Positions 47,895 to 58,208 are shown, counted from the stretch's first letter. The stretch: 64,000 bases of DNA from Roseibacillus sp. (GCA_051251855.1 JBPOGI010000003.1:448001-512000); one strand, 5' to 3'. Notes: generated by a model from the letters alone, not told the origin. Numbers and translations: made by a program.

Positions 47895-49249
47895 GATTCT
47901 AAGAGTTCCTTTGCCGCCTCGGCACCCATGCGCATGGCGCTGTGCATGTTGGGGTAGGTGAAGCCGCCTTGGCGTCCGGTGGTACGGAGGTTTTTGAAGG
48001 ATGCGAGATAGTCGGTGATGGTTTGGAGATGCCCTTCGAAGCCTTTCGCAAAAATGGGATAGGCGTGTTCGGAGTGGATGAGGTGATGGGAGACGACGTC
48101 CTTGGGTTGGCACAGTCCTTCTGCCGCCAGGTCGCTGAGGATCTGGGGAAGGGCTTCACCTCGCCATTTGGGATCGTCTTTCTCGCAGGTGGTTTCGACG
48201 ATGAGGGTGGTGTGCCCGGCTGGTTTGACGAGTAGTCCAGCATTTTTGGGTTCACCGACTCGGTGGAAGAGACGGTCGCGGTAGTAAGTATAGAGCGCTT
48301 CCATACATTGCTCTTTTTTGACCAAGAGGGCGTAGACGGTCATGGGCTTGAAGCGCAGGGCGGCGGCGGCTTCGAGGACGGGGGCGGGTGGAGCGGGGAA
48401 AAAAGATTGTACCAACTGGGGCAGGGGAATGGTGGAGAGATACTGGGTCTCGGAAGTGCCGTTGCTTCCGTTGGGAGTGATAATGGACTGGATGGAATCG
48501 CCGTCGTGCGAGATTTGGGTGATGGGGGAATTGGTGTGCAACTGGGCGCCTTGGCCTTGGGCGTGGGCTGCTAGGGTGCGGGGGAGGGATTCCGAACCAC
48601 TGCAAGAATAGTGCAAGGTCTCGAAGCGAAGGGCGCCTTCGGTAGCGTCACGGGGCTTGGCGAGGCGAAGCTTTTCGAGAAGATTTTTGAGGACATCAAT
48701 GGCGGAGAGGCGAGGCATCTTGCGGCGCACAAATTCGGCAGATAGGTCGCGGGGGTGGATTTCCCAGTAGCGGTGGGTGAAGTCTTCGAAGAAAAATTCG
48801 TAGAGCGGAGAACCGTAGAGTTCGATGAGAGCGGATTCGGCATCTTCGCCGGGCTGCCGGGAGGGGTAGCGAGATTCGACTTCGGCGAGAAAGAGGCCCG
48901 TGAGGCATCGGGCGAGGGTGACGGGTGGAATGCCGGCGAGGATATCGCGGCCTCGCAGGGGGTAGTGGTAGAGTTTACCACCCCACCTGATGTGGGATTT
49001 GAGGGGGACTTCGATGCGTTCCGAGCCCATGGCGTTTTTGCAGGTGGCAAAAATTTCCTCATCGAAAGCATGGAGCATGTGAACGCCAAGGTCGAACCAA
49101 TTGCCGTCGAACTGGTGCCCAGCTGCGAGCCCTCCGTAGGTGGGAGCCTTTTCGAAGAGGGTAACCTCGGCTCCGAGGGAAAGGGCTTGATGGGCGGCAT
49201 AGAGTCCGCAAACCCCGCCTCCGAGAATGGTAATCTTGGGTGGATTCAC
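47891..49249 (-). CDS. FAD-dependent oxidoreductase (protoporphyrinogen oxidase / UDP-galactopyranose mutase-like)
   Basis: 'ILGGGVCGL', 'EK...GGL', 'FDLGVH', 'HAYP', 'GRQGGFTYPNMHSAM'; GTG at 49249 overlaps the upstream stop (GTGA). Confidence 0.85.
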   Translation of the reverse strand: MNPPKITILGGGVCGLYAAHQALSLGAEVTLFEKAPTYGGLAAGHQFDGNWFDLGVHMLHAFDEEIFATCKNAMGSERIEVPLKSHIRWGGKLYHYPLRGRDILAGIPPVTLARCLTGLFLAEVESRYPSRQPGEDAESALIELYGSPLYEFFFEDFTHRYWEIHPRDLSAEFVRRKMPRLSAIDVLKNLLEKLRLAKPRDATEGALRFETLHYSCSGSESLPRTLAAHAQGQGAQLHTNSPITQISHDGDSIQSIITPNGSNGTSETQYLSTIPLPQLVQSFFPAPPAPVLEAAAALRFKPMTVYALLVKKEQCMEALYTYYRDRLFHRVGEPKNAGLLVKPAGHTTLIVETTCEKDDPKWRGEALPQILSDLAAEGLCQPKDVVSHHLIHSEHAYPIFAKGFEGHLQTITDYLASFKNLRTTGRQGGFTYPNMHSAMRMGAEAAKELLES

Positions 49250-50442
49250 AGTGATGAAGAGGCGAGGTGTCTTTGCTGTTCTTGCCAGAGTTCGGTGAGC
49301 CGACCACTTGGTAGAGTGAGATGGTCGGTGGTGAGGGGCTGGTCCTTGGAAACAGGTTCTTTGAGGGTAGTGCTTTCTTCGAGCAGGGAAATAGGGATGC
49401 GTTGCGAGTTGAGGGGGTCGACGAGGCCATAGCACTCGGCGGAGCCGATAGCGTGTCGGATGGGAGTTCCGGCGGGGAGGTCTCGCTTGGCGTAGGTGTA
49501 GACGTCGCAGGTTTGGCGAGTTTGGTGGAGAAGTGGCTGTCCGGCGACGACGGCGAAGATGGCCTTGGGAGTCTCGAGATGGCAGAGATGGTAGGGGCGG
49601 TAGAGGAGGTATTCGGGGCCGTCCCCTAATTTATAGTAGTTGAGGTAAAAGACTTGCTCGGGTGGGAGGTCTTTTTTTGGGCGTACCACGAGATAGACTC
49701 CGCCGCCTGGTTCGGCTCCGAGGAGGTAGTCGATGCGAGGGGTTTCCCCGTAGGTAGAAAAGTCGAAGAGCTGGAGCGCTTCTTGCACATCTTTGGCGCG
49801 TGGGCCGGTCATACCGCCTTTGGGGGGAAGGTAGCCGAGAGCATTGGCAAGAACGGCCATCTCGATGTGAAGCTTGGTGCCGTCGGTGTAGGCACAGCAT
49901 TGGGTGGCGGAGAGATTGCGCTTTTCGGCTTCGGCCTTGATGGACTGAGGAGTGGCGGTGCGATCGAGGAAGCCTTTGATGTTGCCCGCTTGCACGATAT
50001 CGAAGCCCATCAACTCGGCCTCTGAGATCATGCTCGCGAGGACGCCGTGTTGGTCGCCGGCATCGGAGGTGACGGTGACACCTGCTTCGGTCGCACGATG
50101 ATGAAGAAGGGGGCCCAAGGCGAGGTCGACTTCGGCATTCATGAGCACGACATGAGCACCCCTTTCGATGGCTGCGAAGCAATATTCGGCAGCGGAACCA
50201 ATGGAGTTGGTTGCCTCGACTAGCACGTCGATTTCTTGGCTATGGAGGAGTTGGAAGAAGTCGTCACCTGCAGCAGCAGAAGTCGTCAGGTCGGCGGCGC
50301 TTTGTGCGGAGGATAGGTCTTGGTCGGCGACCCAAGCGAGCTCCATTCCTGGGGTGATATTGATTTGGAGAGCGATACCACGACCCATGCAGCCTGCCCC
50401 GACGAGGCCAACGCGAATGGGGATAGTGGATTCGTTCGGCAT
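49246..50442 (-). CDS. NAD(P)-dependent oxidoreductase, homoserine dehydrogenase-like with C-terminal SAF domain
   Basis: 'GLVGAGCMG', 'HVVLMNAEVD', 'GDQHG', 'DGTKL.IEMA..AN', 'LYRPYHL', 'AKRDLPAG'. Confidence 0.85.
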   Translation of the reverse strand: MPNESTIPIRVGLVGAGCMGRGIALQINITPGMELAWVADQDLSSAQSAADLTTSAAAGDDFFQLLHSQEIDVLVEATNSIGSAAEYCFAAIERGAHVVLMNAEVDLALGPLLHHRATEAGVTVTSDAGDQHGVLASMISEAELMGFDIVQAGNIKGFLDRTATPQSIKAEAEKRNLSATQCCAYTDGTKLHIEMAVLANALGYLPPKGGMTGPRAKDVQEALQLFDFSTYGETPRIDYLLGAEPGGGVYLVVRPKKDLPPEQVFYLNYYKLGDGPEYLLYRPYHLCHLETPKAIFAVVAGQPLLHQTRQTCDVYTYAKRDLPAGTPIRHAIGSAECYGLVDPLNSQRIPISLLEESTTLKEPVSKDQPLTTDHLTLPSGRLTELWQEQQRHLASSSL

Positions 50443-50477
50443 TGTTAGAGTGATTTTGACTTAAGTTGAAAGCTCCT

Positions 50478-52340
50478 TCAAGTGGTGCTTGTGTGTTGTT
50501 CGAGCCAGAGCTGTAGAATTACGAGAGCAGCTAGTTGCTTAAGGGGCAGAAAGTTGGTGGCTGAAAAGAGAGGTTCGATTGCTCGATAGTTGAGCCATCC
50601 TTGAGAGGATACCGATTGAGGGGTCAGGACATCGCGAGCAAAGGAGAGGAAGGGCGTGCGCCAAGAGGGTTGTTCAAGGGGGAGGTAGAAAGGTTGCTTA
50701 GGCCGATGGGTGATAGAGTGGGGGAGGTAGCGTTCTGCGAGTTTACGCCACAGGTATTTGTCCGTTCGTTGATGGATCTTCATGCCCGTGGGAAGGCCGC
50801 TGGCGAAATCGATGATTCGATGATCGAGGAAGGGGCTTCGGTACTCAAGGGAGTGAGCCATTGTGTTCTTGTCCTGACGAATGAGGGACCAATCAGGTAA
50901 CCAGTGCCGGTATTGCAAGGCCAGAGCGTTGTGAAACGAGTGAGGTGAGAGCTCGGTTTCGCTGAGAGCGTGTTCTACCTGAAGTGGTTCAATGTCCTTG
51001 CTGAGAAGAGCCTCAATTTCTTGAGGGCTAAAGAGAGTGTGGAGGTCGGTAGCCTTCTCAAAGAGGCTCTTCTTTCCAAAGTCACGGAGATAGGTAGCGG
51101 CTTTTGAACGTCCTTGAGTTCCAAGAGAAGCAGGGAAGTTGGTTAGTTTACTGAGAAGGGGAAGAGGGACTCTTTCAAGCGCAGCGGAGGCGACCGCGCG
51201 CCCCATAGGTCCCAGTTTCTCAGCGGTGAGGAGGGTTTTCTGAAACGAGTAACCGGCAAAGTATTCATCGGGTCCCTCTCCACCGAGGGCGACCTTGCAA
51301 CCCAGTGCACGAGTGTGGGAAGCGAGATGGTCGAAGGCCAAGATGAGCGCATCTCCTACGGGTCGGTCCATCTGTTGGATGACTCGGGGCAGGTCGTGCA
51401 GGGAACTTGGGTTAAGTTCAGCGGCATGGTGCGCAAGCCCTAGTGACTTAGCAAAGCTCGTCGCTGCGGTGCTTTCATCCGAGGTGGCTCCAAAGCCAAT
51501 GGAAGTGGTGGTAATGTCTGCACCCAAGTCTCTGGCGTAGTGCGCAAGTAATGAGGAGTCGACGCCTGCGGAAAGATAGGCGGCCACGGGAACGTCAGCC
51601 TGTAAGGCGAGTTCGACGCTGGAACGGGTAAGGGCGTCGAGTTCGTCTAAGGCCTGAGACTCATTTTGAGATGAGCTAGCTTCACTGGGGGCCTGCCAAT
51701 AGCGCTGAATGGTCTGAGTTCCATTGCTCTGGATTTGCATCCAATGGGCGGCAGGGAGGGTGAAGACATTTTTGAAAAGAGTGTCTGGTTCTGGGAGATA
51801 GCGGAGGGAAAGCCAGGTGGCGAGATGTTCTGGGGCAGGGATGAGTTCGAGTCCTGCAGCGGCAAAGGACTTTGTTTCTGAGGCGAACAATACGGAGGAT
51901 CCTGATCGTGTGTAGTAGAGTGGTTTCTGACCACAACGGTCACGAGCGAGAAAGAGGGAGTCGGTGCGGGCGTCGTGAATGGCCAGAGAAAACATGCCGT
52001 TGAGCTTTTCAGGGAGCGAGGTTCCCCATTCTAACCAAGCGGCAGGAAGGATTTCGCAATCGCATTGAGTTGTGAACGTATGTCCTTTGTTTCTAAGAAT
52101 TTCCCTGAGTTCCTGCCAGTTATAGAGTTCGCCATTACAGATGGTGGTAATCTTTGAACAAGGAGAAGAAAAGGGCTGGTCCCCGTTGTCGATATCTTGA
52201 ATTGCTAGGCGAGTGAAACCGAGGCAGGAGGAGCCGCAGGCTTTGATCGCGCTGCTATCGGGACCACGGTGACGCAAACTTGCTGTCATTTTTTCGACAA
52301 TGTTTGAGGAAAGATGAAGCCCGCCTGTGATTCCGCACAT
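50478..52340 (-). CDS. asnB: asparagine synthase (glutamine-hydrolysing) family amidotransferase
   Basis: 'MCGI', 'HRGPD', 'NGELYN', 'ARDRCGQKPLYY', 'LSAGVDSS', 'GEGPDE.FAGY', 'LEYRSPFLD'. Confidence 0.92.
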   Translation of the reverse strand: MCGITGGLHLSSNIVEKMTASLRHRGPDSSAIKACGSSCLGFTRLAIQDIDNGDQPFSSPCSKITTICNGELYNWQELREILRNKGHTFTTQCDCEILPAAWLEWGTSLPEKLNGMFSLAIHDARTDSLFLARDRCGQKPLYYTRSGSSVLFASETKSFAAAGLELIPAPEHLATWLSLRYLPEPDTLFKNVFTLPAAHWMQIQSNGTQTIQRYWQAPSEASSSQNESQALDELDALTRSSVELALQADVPVAAYLSAGVDSSLLAHYARDLGADITTTSIGFGATSDESTAATSFAKSLGLAHHAAELNPSSLHDLPRVIQQMDRPVGDALILAFDHLASHTRALGCKVALGGEGPDEYFAGYSFQKTLLTAEKLGPMGRAVASAALERVPLPLLSKLTNFPASLGTQGRSKAATYLRDFGKKSLFEKATDLHTLFSPQEIEALLSKDIEPLQVEHALSETELSPHSFHNALALQYRHWLPDWSLIRQDKNTMAHSLEYRSPFLDHRIIDFASGLPTGMKIHQRTDKYLWRKLAERYLPHSITHRPKQPFYLPLEQPSWRTPFLSFARDVLTPQSVSSQGWLNYRAIEPLFSATNFLPLKQLAALVILQLWLEQHTSTT

Positions 52341-52490
52341 GAAGCTACTAGTGAACGGAATATCTTAGAAGAGAAGGAGGGAATGTGCCTTTCCTTTGGT
52401 GGGAATGAAAGCGTCAAGTATTCGGAATGTCCTTAAGGCGGTAATATTAGCGTTGCTTTATTTCTCGTTATGACATACAACTTCCTCGTT

Positions 52491-53465
52491 ATGTTCAAAC
52501 ACCTTCCACTTTGCGTCCTAGCTCTCGGAATGTCTGCCCTGCATTCGCAAACAATTACCTACGACTTTAATAGTCAATGGAATGGTGATTGGGACACCTA
52601 CCACGTTCAAACGGGAGGAAATGCTGCGAGTCCTTCCATGAACTATTCAAAAGCCTCTGAAGGGCGAACAGGAGGTGCCGGAGGAAATATTCTAGCAGGA
52701 ACGGTTTCTGGCGTCGGATACCAAGGCTCGATTTCATCTATTTACGATGGTTATGGAGCCGTCGATCTTTCGAAATCCGGTGATCGGGTGCGTCTGCAGG
52801 GTTCGTATTCCGCTTTCGCTAATGAGTCAGCTTTTGCGAGCGGGAGCAGTGAGGTTGGTCAAGTGGGATTGATTTCCGCACCCTCATTTTCGAATGCTGC
52901 CGATAGCATTCTTAAGTTGGGCGACTCAGTTTACGTAGGTTTTGTGGAGAATTCGTGGTCAGGACAAACTCCAACTGGTCCAGGAACCGCCAATGTGGAA
53001 GTGGGGCTATTTCAAGATGGCTCCATGACTCAGAGCTTCGGAAGCTACAACTTGTCTGGCTATGGAGGTCGAATTGGGAGCCAAGTTTGGGCCCAGTTCT
53101 TCGAATACGATATTGTCTTCGAAAATCTTCCCGATGGAACTCTAGGCTATAAGGTGGGTTTGAATACGGTGAGCTTTTATGACGACAACCTTTTTTCATC
53201 GCCGGATCCTACCGAGGGTTCAGCCGTGAATTTAGGGACTTGGGAGGGTTCACTTGCCGGGGTTGGCGGCTTATCCGCTTTGGATGATCTTTATGTATCC
53301 TACGGTGCCTATGTTGCTTCTGATGGAAATGCGACAATCACGGGATACACCTTCGACCATTCTCCTTCAGGGGATCTACACGATGGTATTATCGCCATAC
53401 CTGAGCCATCGGCTGTGGTGCTCGGTTTCTCCAGTTTGTTGATTCTTGTGCGTCGCCGTCGCTAG
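52491..53465 (+). CDS. PEP-CTERM sorting domain protein (Ser/Gly/Thr-rich)
   Basis: Signal peptide; C-terminus 'IPEPSAVVLGFSSLLILVRRRR'. Confidence 0.9.
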   Translation: MFKHLPLCVLALGMSALHSQTITYDFNSQWNGDWDTYHVQTGGNAASPSMNYSKASEGRTGGAGGNILAGTVSGVGYQGSISSIYDGYGAVDLSKSGDRVRLQGSYSAFANESAFASGSSEVGQVGLISAPSFSNAADSILKLGDSVYVGFVENSWSGQTPTGPGTANVEVGLFQDGSMTQSFGSYNLSGYGGRIGSQVWAQFFEYDIVFENLPDGTLGYKVGLNTVSFYDDNLFSSPDPTEGSAVNLGTWEGSLAGVGGLSALDDLYVSYGAYVASDGNATITGYTFDHSPSGDLHDGIIAIPEPSAVVLGFSSLLILVRRRR

Positions 53466-53505
53466 GGGGCTCTTCGCTTAAGCTCAACTTACCAATTCCC
53501 CTCTC

Positions 53506-54417
53506 ATGAAGCTTCTTTTGCTTGCATGCTCGATCAGTCTTGTCCCCGTCCAAGGGCAGACCCTTGAGCTATTTTTCCTCGCTGGTCAGTCCAATGCGGA
53601 CGGATCCAACTCCTACTATTTCGATAATGGTGATTCCTCAAAGGGGGGAGGGCTTTCGCCAGCCAATGCTTCTTACGCGGATGCATACAGCGGCATTCAA
53701 TATGCCTACGCACACGCGAATCCATTTTCGGGTACTCCCAACCGCTACCTCACGGGATCGCTTGGTGATCTGAGACCCGCGACATGGGGAATGATGGGGC
53801 CGGAAATCTCGTTGGGACGAAAGCTGGACGAGTTACACAGCAATGACGTTGCTCTTCTTAAGTATACCTCACCTGGAACATCTTTAGCTACGCAATGGGG
53901 ACCCGATGACGGCTTGCTCTATCAGGATATGATCTCATTTTTCAATGAGCAGATTACGATTCTGTCACCTTCTTATACTGATATCAATTTCAATACCTTT
54001 TTCTGGCACCAAGGTGAATCTGATTCAGGGCTGACCTATCAGGCCGACTTTCAGGCCATGTTCGATCAGCTCCGACTGGACTTATCCTCTGAGCTTACAG
54101 GCGTCACGGGATTGATTTCCGAGAATTTCGACCCTGGAAATACGGGGAATACTCCCCGTTTGAATATCACTCAGGTGAATGAGGCTCTTGAGAATTTGGG
54201 CGATGCTCAGACCTACCTGACGACAACGGGATCCCTTACAGATATTCCTCTTCACGACAATATCCACTTTGACGCCGATGGTCAGCTAATCCATGGCGAG
54301 CGAATGGCGTCGGCCTACGAGAGTGAGTTTCTTGCTGTGCCCGAACCTGGTTCAATAGTTTTGCTTTTGCTCTCAGGGATACTTCTTCCTCGAAGACGAG
54401 CGCGGCACTCCTTTTAA
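53506..54417 (+). CDS. PEP-CTERM protein with SASA (sialate O-acetylesterase / CE6-like) domain
   Basis: 'LAGQSNA', 'GPE', 'WHQGESD', 'DNIHF'; C-terminus 'VPEPGSIVLLLLSGILLPRRRAR'. Confidence 0.88.
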   Translation: MKLLLLACSISLVPVQGQTLELFFLAGQSNADGSNSYYFDNGDSSKGGGLSPANASYADAYSGIQYAYAHANPFSGTPNRYLTGSLGDLRPATWGMMGPEISLGRKLDELHSNDVALLKYTSPGTSLATQWGPDDGLLYQDMISFFNEQITILSPSYTDINFNTFFWHQGESDSGLTYQADFQAMFDQLRLDLSSELTGVTGLISENFDPGNTGNTPRLNITQVNEALENLGDAQTYLTTTGSLTDIPLHDNIHFDADGQLIHGERMASAYESEFLAVPEPGSIVLLLLSGILLPRRRARHSF

Positions 54418-54459
54418 TTGGTTGATATTACGGTTTACTTAATTTATTGTGGCAGCTTT

Positions 54460-55503
54460 ATGAGAATTCCTCCAATTTTCAATTTAGTTGTCCTCTTTCC
54501 CTTGATTGGAAGTCTCCATGGCCAAGGAGCGATCGATTGGACCGTAAGTGATGACGCCGCAGCGTGGGGTGGCACCGGGACCAATGCTTTTGCCACCAGC
54601 GGCGGAACCTATACCCGAAGTTCCGCTCTCATCAACAGCTCCGGAAATGCTTCGCCAGGCTATTCTGCTTCCGCAAATCAGTCCTTTGATGGTCCTTATG
54701 ATGGGAGTGCTGGAATTTTTGCCGATCGGAATACGCAGGGGGCCTTCACTCGCACTGACCCAAATGCAGTGATGAATCTGTCGGCCACAGGAGCCAGTGC
54801 TACCCTCCGAACAGCGGTGATTGCCTTTCAGTCTAATTTGGAATCGGGCCCCCTCAGCGGTCACTATTTGCAATTCGGGCTATCGAATTCCGATGCCATC
54901 ATAGGTGCCGTAGGAAACGATAGTCTCTTTGTAGGATTGGACCTTAATTCTGCTTCATCGAATGGACACATTGACTATGATCTGAACGTCTACGATGAGA
55001 GTACAGACTCGGATCCTCTGGATGGAGTTTGGAATTGGAGTCCTCTGGTTGACTTGGGGGGAAGTGCAGATGGCTTGAGGGTGGAGGTTTCCAATAATAC
55101 TACGGCAGGAGCGGATCCTGGGGTAATGAATGCCATCGAGCTGACTTATACCAACATGGGGAGTAATCTCCTGAGGCTCGATATCGGAGTCATGGGCCTA
55201 GACTACAGCGGAAGGGCCGCCGCGGATACTCTCACAGGGACCAGTCTTCTCTTTCAAGATTCAGTGGTGGTGGACCTGAATGCTTCCCCCCTTGATTTGA
55301 CGGCTCTGCGTCCTGCTTTTGGATTTAATTTTAATGATGCTGTGGATACTGCGCGAGCGGTTGGCACCGGCGTTTCTCTCGACTGGGAAGAGCAATATCC
55401 AACAGGATTCTCTGTGGCTGTGCCTGAGCCTTCAGCCCTTCTTCTCGTGATGGGTTCTCTGTCGCTCATTATGCAGCGGCGGCGTATGGCAACGGTCGCT
55501 TGA
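54460..55503 (+). CDS. PEP-CTERM sorting domain protein
   Basis: Signal peptide (MRIPPIF...); C-terminus 'VPEPSALLLVMGSLSLIMQRRR'. Confidence 0.9.
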   Translation: MRIPPIFNLVVLFPLIGSLHGQGAIDWTVSDDAAAWGGTGTNAFATSGGTYTRSSALINSSGNASPGYSASANQSFDGPYDGSAGIFADRNTQGAFTRTDPNAVMNLSATGASATLRTAVIAFQSNLESGPLSGHYLQFGLSNSDAIIGAVGNDSLFVGLDLNSASSNGHIDYDLNVYDESTDSDPLDGVWNWSPLVDLGGSADGLRVEVSNNTTAGADPGVMNAIELTYTNMGSNLLRLDIGVMGLDYSGRAAADTLTGTSLLFQDSVVVDLNASPLDLTALRPAFGFNFNDAVDTARAVGTGVSLDWEEQYPTGFSVAVPEPSALLLVMGSLSLIMQRRRMATVA

Positions 55504-55581
55504 GCTTCTCGCCCTGAGCTTTCCAGTGGTTGACTGACTCTGCTCTTCTCGCGAGAAGGGCTTCTTCTCATCGTTACAGCT

Positions 55582-57360
55582 GTGAAGAATCCTTGTAAAA
55601 TATCTTTCGGCCTCATGGTCTTTTGCGGGGTGTTCCTTCTCTTCGGGCGCACGGTTGGGTTCGACTTTATCAACTACGACGATCCGGCCTATGTCACCCA
55701 AAATGCGGCTTTGGCTGACGGGGTGACTCTTGATGGTTTCAAGTGGGCGGCAACCGAGACAGGAGAGACGAACCTTTGGCATCCCATGACTTGGGTGTCC
55801 CACATGGTGGATATCGAAGTCTTTGGAGTCGAACAGGCCGGAGGGCACCACTTGGTAAATGTCTTCTGGCATGCTCTTGCTGCGGTGGGATTGTTTCTTT
55901 TGCTCAAGAGGATCTTTGGCTCTGCCAAGATGGCATTGGTGGCGGCTTTGATTTGGGCTTTTCATCCGCAGCGAGTGCAGAGTGTTGTTTGGGTGAGTGA
56001 GCGTAAGGACGTGTTGAGTGGCGCGTTTCTGCTGTGGTCTTGGCTGGTGTGGGAAGAAGGGCGTGAGCGAGCGAAGGCAAGAGCTTGGCAGTGGCTGGCG
56101 GTCCTTCTTTTTCTGCTCGCGGCAATGGCAAAACCCAGCGTCGTGCCTTTGCCTTTGATTCTGTTACTGCGGGAGTTACTGAGAGGTGATCTGAAATGGG
56201 AGGGGAGGTCTCTGAGGAAAATCGCGTTTCAAGTGGCTCCCTTCTTTGCTGTCTCGTTGGCTGTCGTAACCTTGACCCTTTGGTTTCAGCAAAAGGGTGG
56301 GTTGGCTGATGTTTCTCAGACCATGCCCTTGTCGCGCCGTCTCATGTTGATGCCTGGGGTGCTCTGGTGGTATCCGCAAACCTTCGTCTGGCCTTTCCCA
56401 CAGCGCCTTTGGGTTTATCCACAGGAAGGGAGATTGACGGAGTGGCTGTTTCCCGTGGTCGGATTTTCTGCCGTTCTGGTTCTCACTTGGTTCGCTCGGC
56501 GAGAGAGATTGGTGTTGCTCGGTGCAGGGGTGTTTCTGCTGCTTTGGCTGCCGGTGAGTGGGCTTGTTGCGGTGAGCTTCTACAATGTCGCCGATCGTTA
56601 TGCCTATCTGCCTCATCTCGGGTTGGTGATCTATTTGGTGGGTGTTTGGAAGTGGTTGGTGAAGAGAACTCGTGAGAGCGTTGCGGGATTTGCTCCTGTA
56701 GTTGCTTCCGTGTTGTTTGTTGTTTTGGCTGGGTCTACTTGGAAGCAAACAAGTTATTGGAAAAACAGTGAGACTCTTTTTTCTCGTGAGCGTGCTATTA
56801 ATCCTCGCAGTCTTTTAGCTCCCATACAACTGGCGGTTGCTTTGGAACAGAAGGGGAAGTTGAAGGAGTCGCTCGGTCTTTATCATGAAGCACTCGGCAT
56901 TGACAATGAGTCGGGATTGGCTGCCACCAATGCGGGGCGCATCTACTTGAAAATGGGTCAAGAGGGAGAGGCGATTCATATGTTTCGCCAAGCGATAGAG
57001 AAGAAAACGCTCAACTCGGAGCAACCCTATCTCTTGCTGTGCAAGCTGCTGGTTGATGGTGGTTCGGCGAGCGAGGCAACGGCTGTGTTGGAGAAAGGAA
57101 TGGTGCGCTTTCCTGCTAAGACAACTTTGCCTATGGAAAGAGGGGCGCTTGCACAAAGTGTGCTGCGTGACCCTCGCGAAGCGATGATGTGGTTCGAACG
57201 GGTGCTCAAGCTGGAGCCACTCCATCCCGATGCGTTGCAGGGGAAGGGGGTGGCTCTGCTCGAAGTAGGTGAGGTGGAAGAGGGGAGACGAACTCTCCGG
57301 AAACTTCTGAAGCATCATCCCGAGAGAGAAGCGATTCGGAGGTTTTTGGAAAAAAGATGA
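55582..57360 (+). CDS. TMTC-like GT-C membrane glycosyltransferase with C-terminal TPR repeats
   Basis: 'FINYDDPAYV..N', 'WHPMTWVSH', 'HHLVNVFWH', 'HPQRVQSVVWVSERKDVL', 'AKP', 'ADRYAYLP', 'WKNSETLF'; multiple TM helices then TPRs. Confidence 0.8.
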   Translation: MKNPCKISFGLMVFCGVFLLFGRTVGFDFINYDDPAYVTQNAALADGVTLDGFKWAATETGETNLWHPMTWVSHMVDIEVFGVEQAGGHHLVNVFWHALAAVGLFLLLKRIFGSAKMALVAALIWAFHPQRVQSVVWVSERKDVLSGAFLLWSWLVWEEGRERAKARAWQWLAVLLFLLAAMAKPSVVPLPLILLLRELLRGDLKWEGRSLRKIAFQVAPFFAVSLAVVTLTLWFQQKGGLADVSQTMPLSRRLMLMPGVLWWYPQTFVWPFPQRLWVYPQEGRLTEWLFPVVGFSAVLVLTWFARRERLVLLGAGVFLLLWLPVSGLVAVSFYNVADRYAYLPHLGLVIYLVGVWKWLVKRTRESVAGFAPVVASVLFVVLAGSTWKQTSYWKNSETLFSRERAINPRSLLAPIQLAVALEQKGKLKESLGLYHEALGIDNESGLAATNAGRIYLKMGQEGEAIHMFRQAIEKKTLNSEQPYLLLCKLLVDGGSASEATAVLEKGMVRFPAKTTLPMERGALAQSVLRDPREAMMWFERVLKLEPLHPDALQGKGVALLEVGEVEEGRRTLRKLLKHHPEREAIRRFLEKR

Positions 57361-57365
57361 GCGCT

Positions 57366-58208
57366 CTAGCCTCTTGGAGCTAAAGAGATGCCGTCACTAC
57401 CGAGAACGATTTTACGCTGTTTGTAGAGCGCTCCAGTGGCGCGCTTGAAGGCCTTTTTGCTGACGCCAAGGGCTTTGTAAATGTCTTCGGCTGGGCTCTT
57501 GTCGCAGAGGTGCCAGAAGCCGCCGCGGTCTTCGAGCTCCTTGAGCAAGCGCTCTTCCAGTTCTTCGACGAGGTATTCTTTGGGGGGATAGAGGGAGAGA
57601 TCGATTTTGCCATCGTCACGAATCTTGGTGATGTAGCCGGTGGTTTCTTCACCAGCATGGAGGCGGCGGAAGACGGTGTCGTTGTAGATGACGCCGGAGG
57701 CCTCATGATTGATGATGGCTTTGTAGCCGAGCTCGGTCTTGCCATAGAGAATGAGTTCGACTGCTTCTCCTTCGAGGTAGGGTGGCTTTTCTTTGCTGAA
57801 AAATTTGGAGAGGCGGCGGCTGGCGACGATACGCTCGGTGACGGGATCGACGTGAACATAGACGACGTAGGAGCGGCCGACTTCGCAGGGTTCCTTTTGC
57901 TCGCGGAAGGGGAGGAGGAGGTCTTTGGGGAGTCCCCAGTCGAGAAAGGTACCGACGTCGGTGGATTGCACTGCTTCGAGATAGCCGAACTGTCCGGGCA
58001 TCACCTTGGGAAAGCGGGTGGTGGCGATGGGGCGGTCTTCGGAATCGCGGTAGATGAAGACTTCGATCTCGCTTCCCATGAGGGTGCCTTTGGGGACTTC
58101 CAATTTGGGTAGAAGGATGTCACCGAGATGTCGACCGGCGTCGAGGAAGACTCCCATTGGGGCTTCTCGCATTACGGTGAGTTCTACTCGGTCGCCTATT
58201 TCTGCCAT
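57366..58208 (-). CDS. cvfB: CvfB family S1 RNA-binding protein
   Basis: 'GVFLD...ILLP', 'FIYRDSEDRPIATT', 'FLDWGLPKDLLLPF.EQ', 'DKSPAEDI...GVSKKAFKRA.G.LYK'. Confidence 0.88.
   Translation of the reverse strand: MAEIGDRVELTVMREAPMGVFLDAGRHLGDILLPKLEVPKGTLMGSEIEVFIYRDSEDRPIATTRFPKVMPGQFGYLEAVQSTDVGTFLDWGLPKDLLLPFREQKEPCEVGRSYVVYVHVDPVTERIVASRRLSKFFSKEKPPYLEGEAVELILYGKTELGYKAIINHEASGVIYNDTVFRRLHAGEETTGYITKIRDDGKIDLSLYPPKEYLVEELEERLLKELEDRGGFWHLCDKSPAEDIYKALGVSKKAFKRATGALYKQRKIVLGSDGISLAPRG

Noticed and set aside
47895..48113. Extended rmlC start (250 aa), and the extended start of the FAD oxidoreductase to 49435
   Set aside because: Both would overlap upstream genes extensively; coupled ATGA/GTGA starts at 47894 and 49249 fit better
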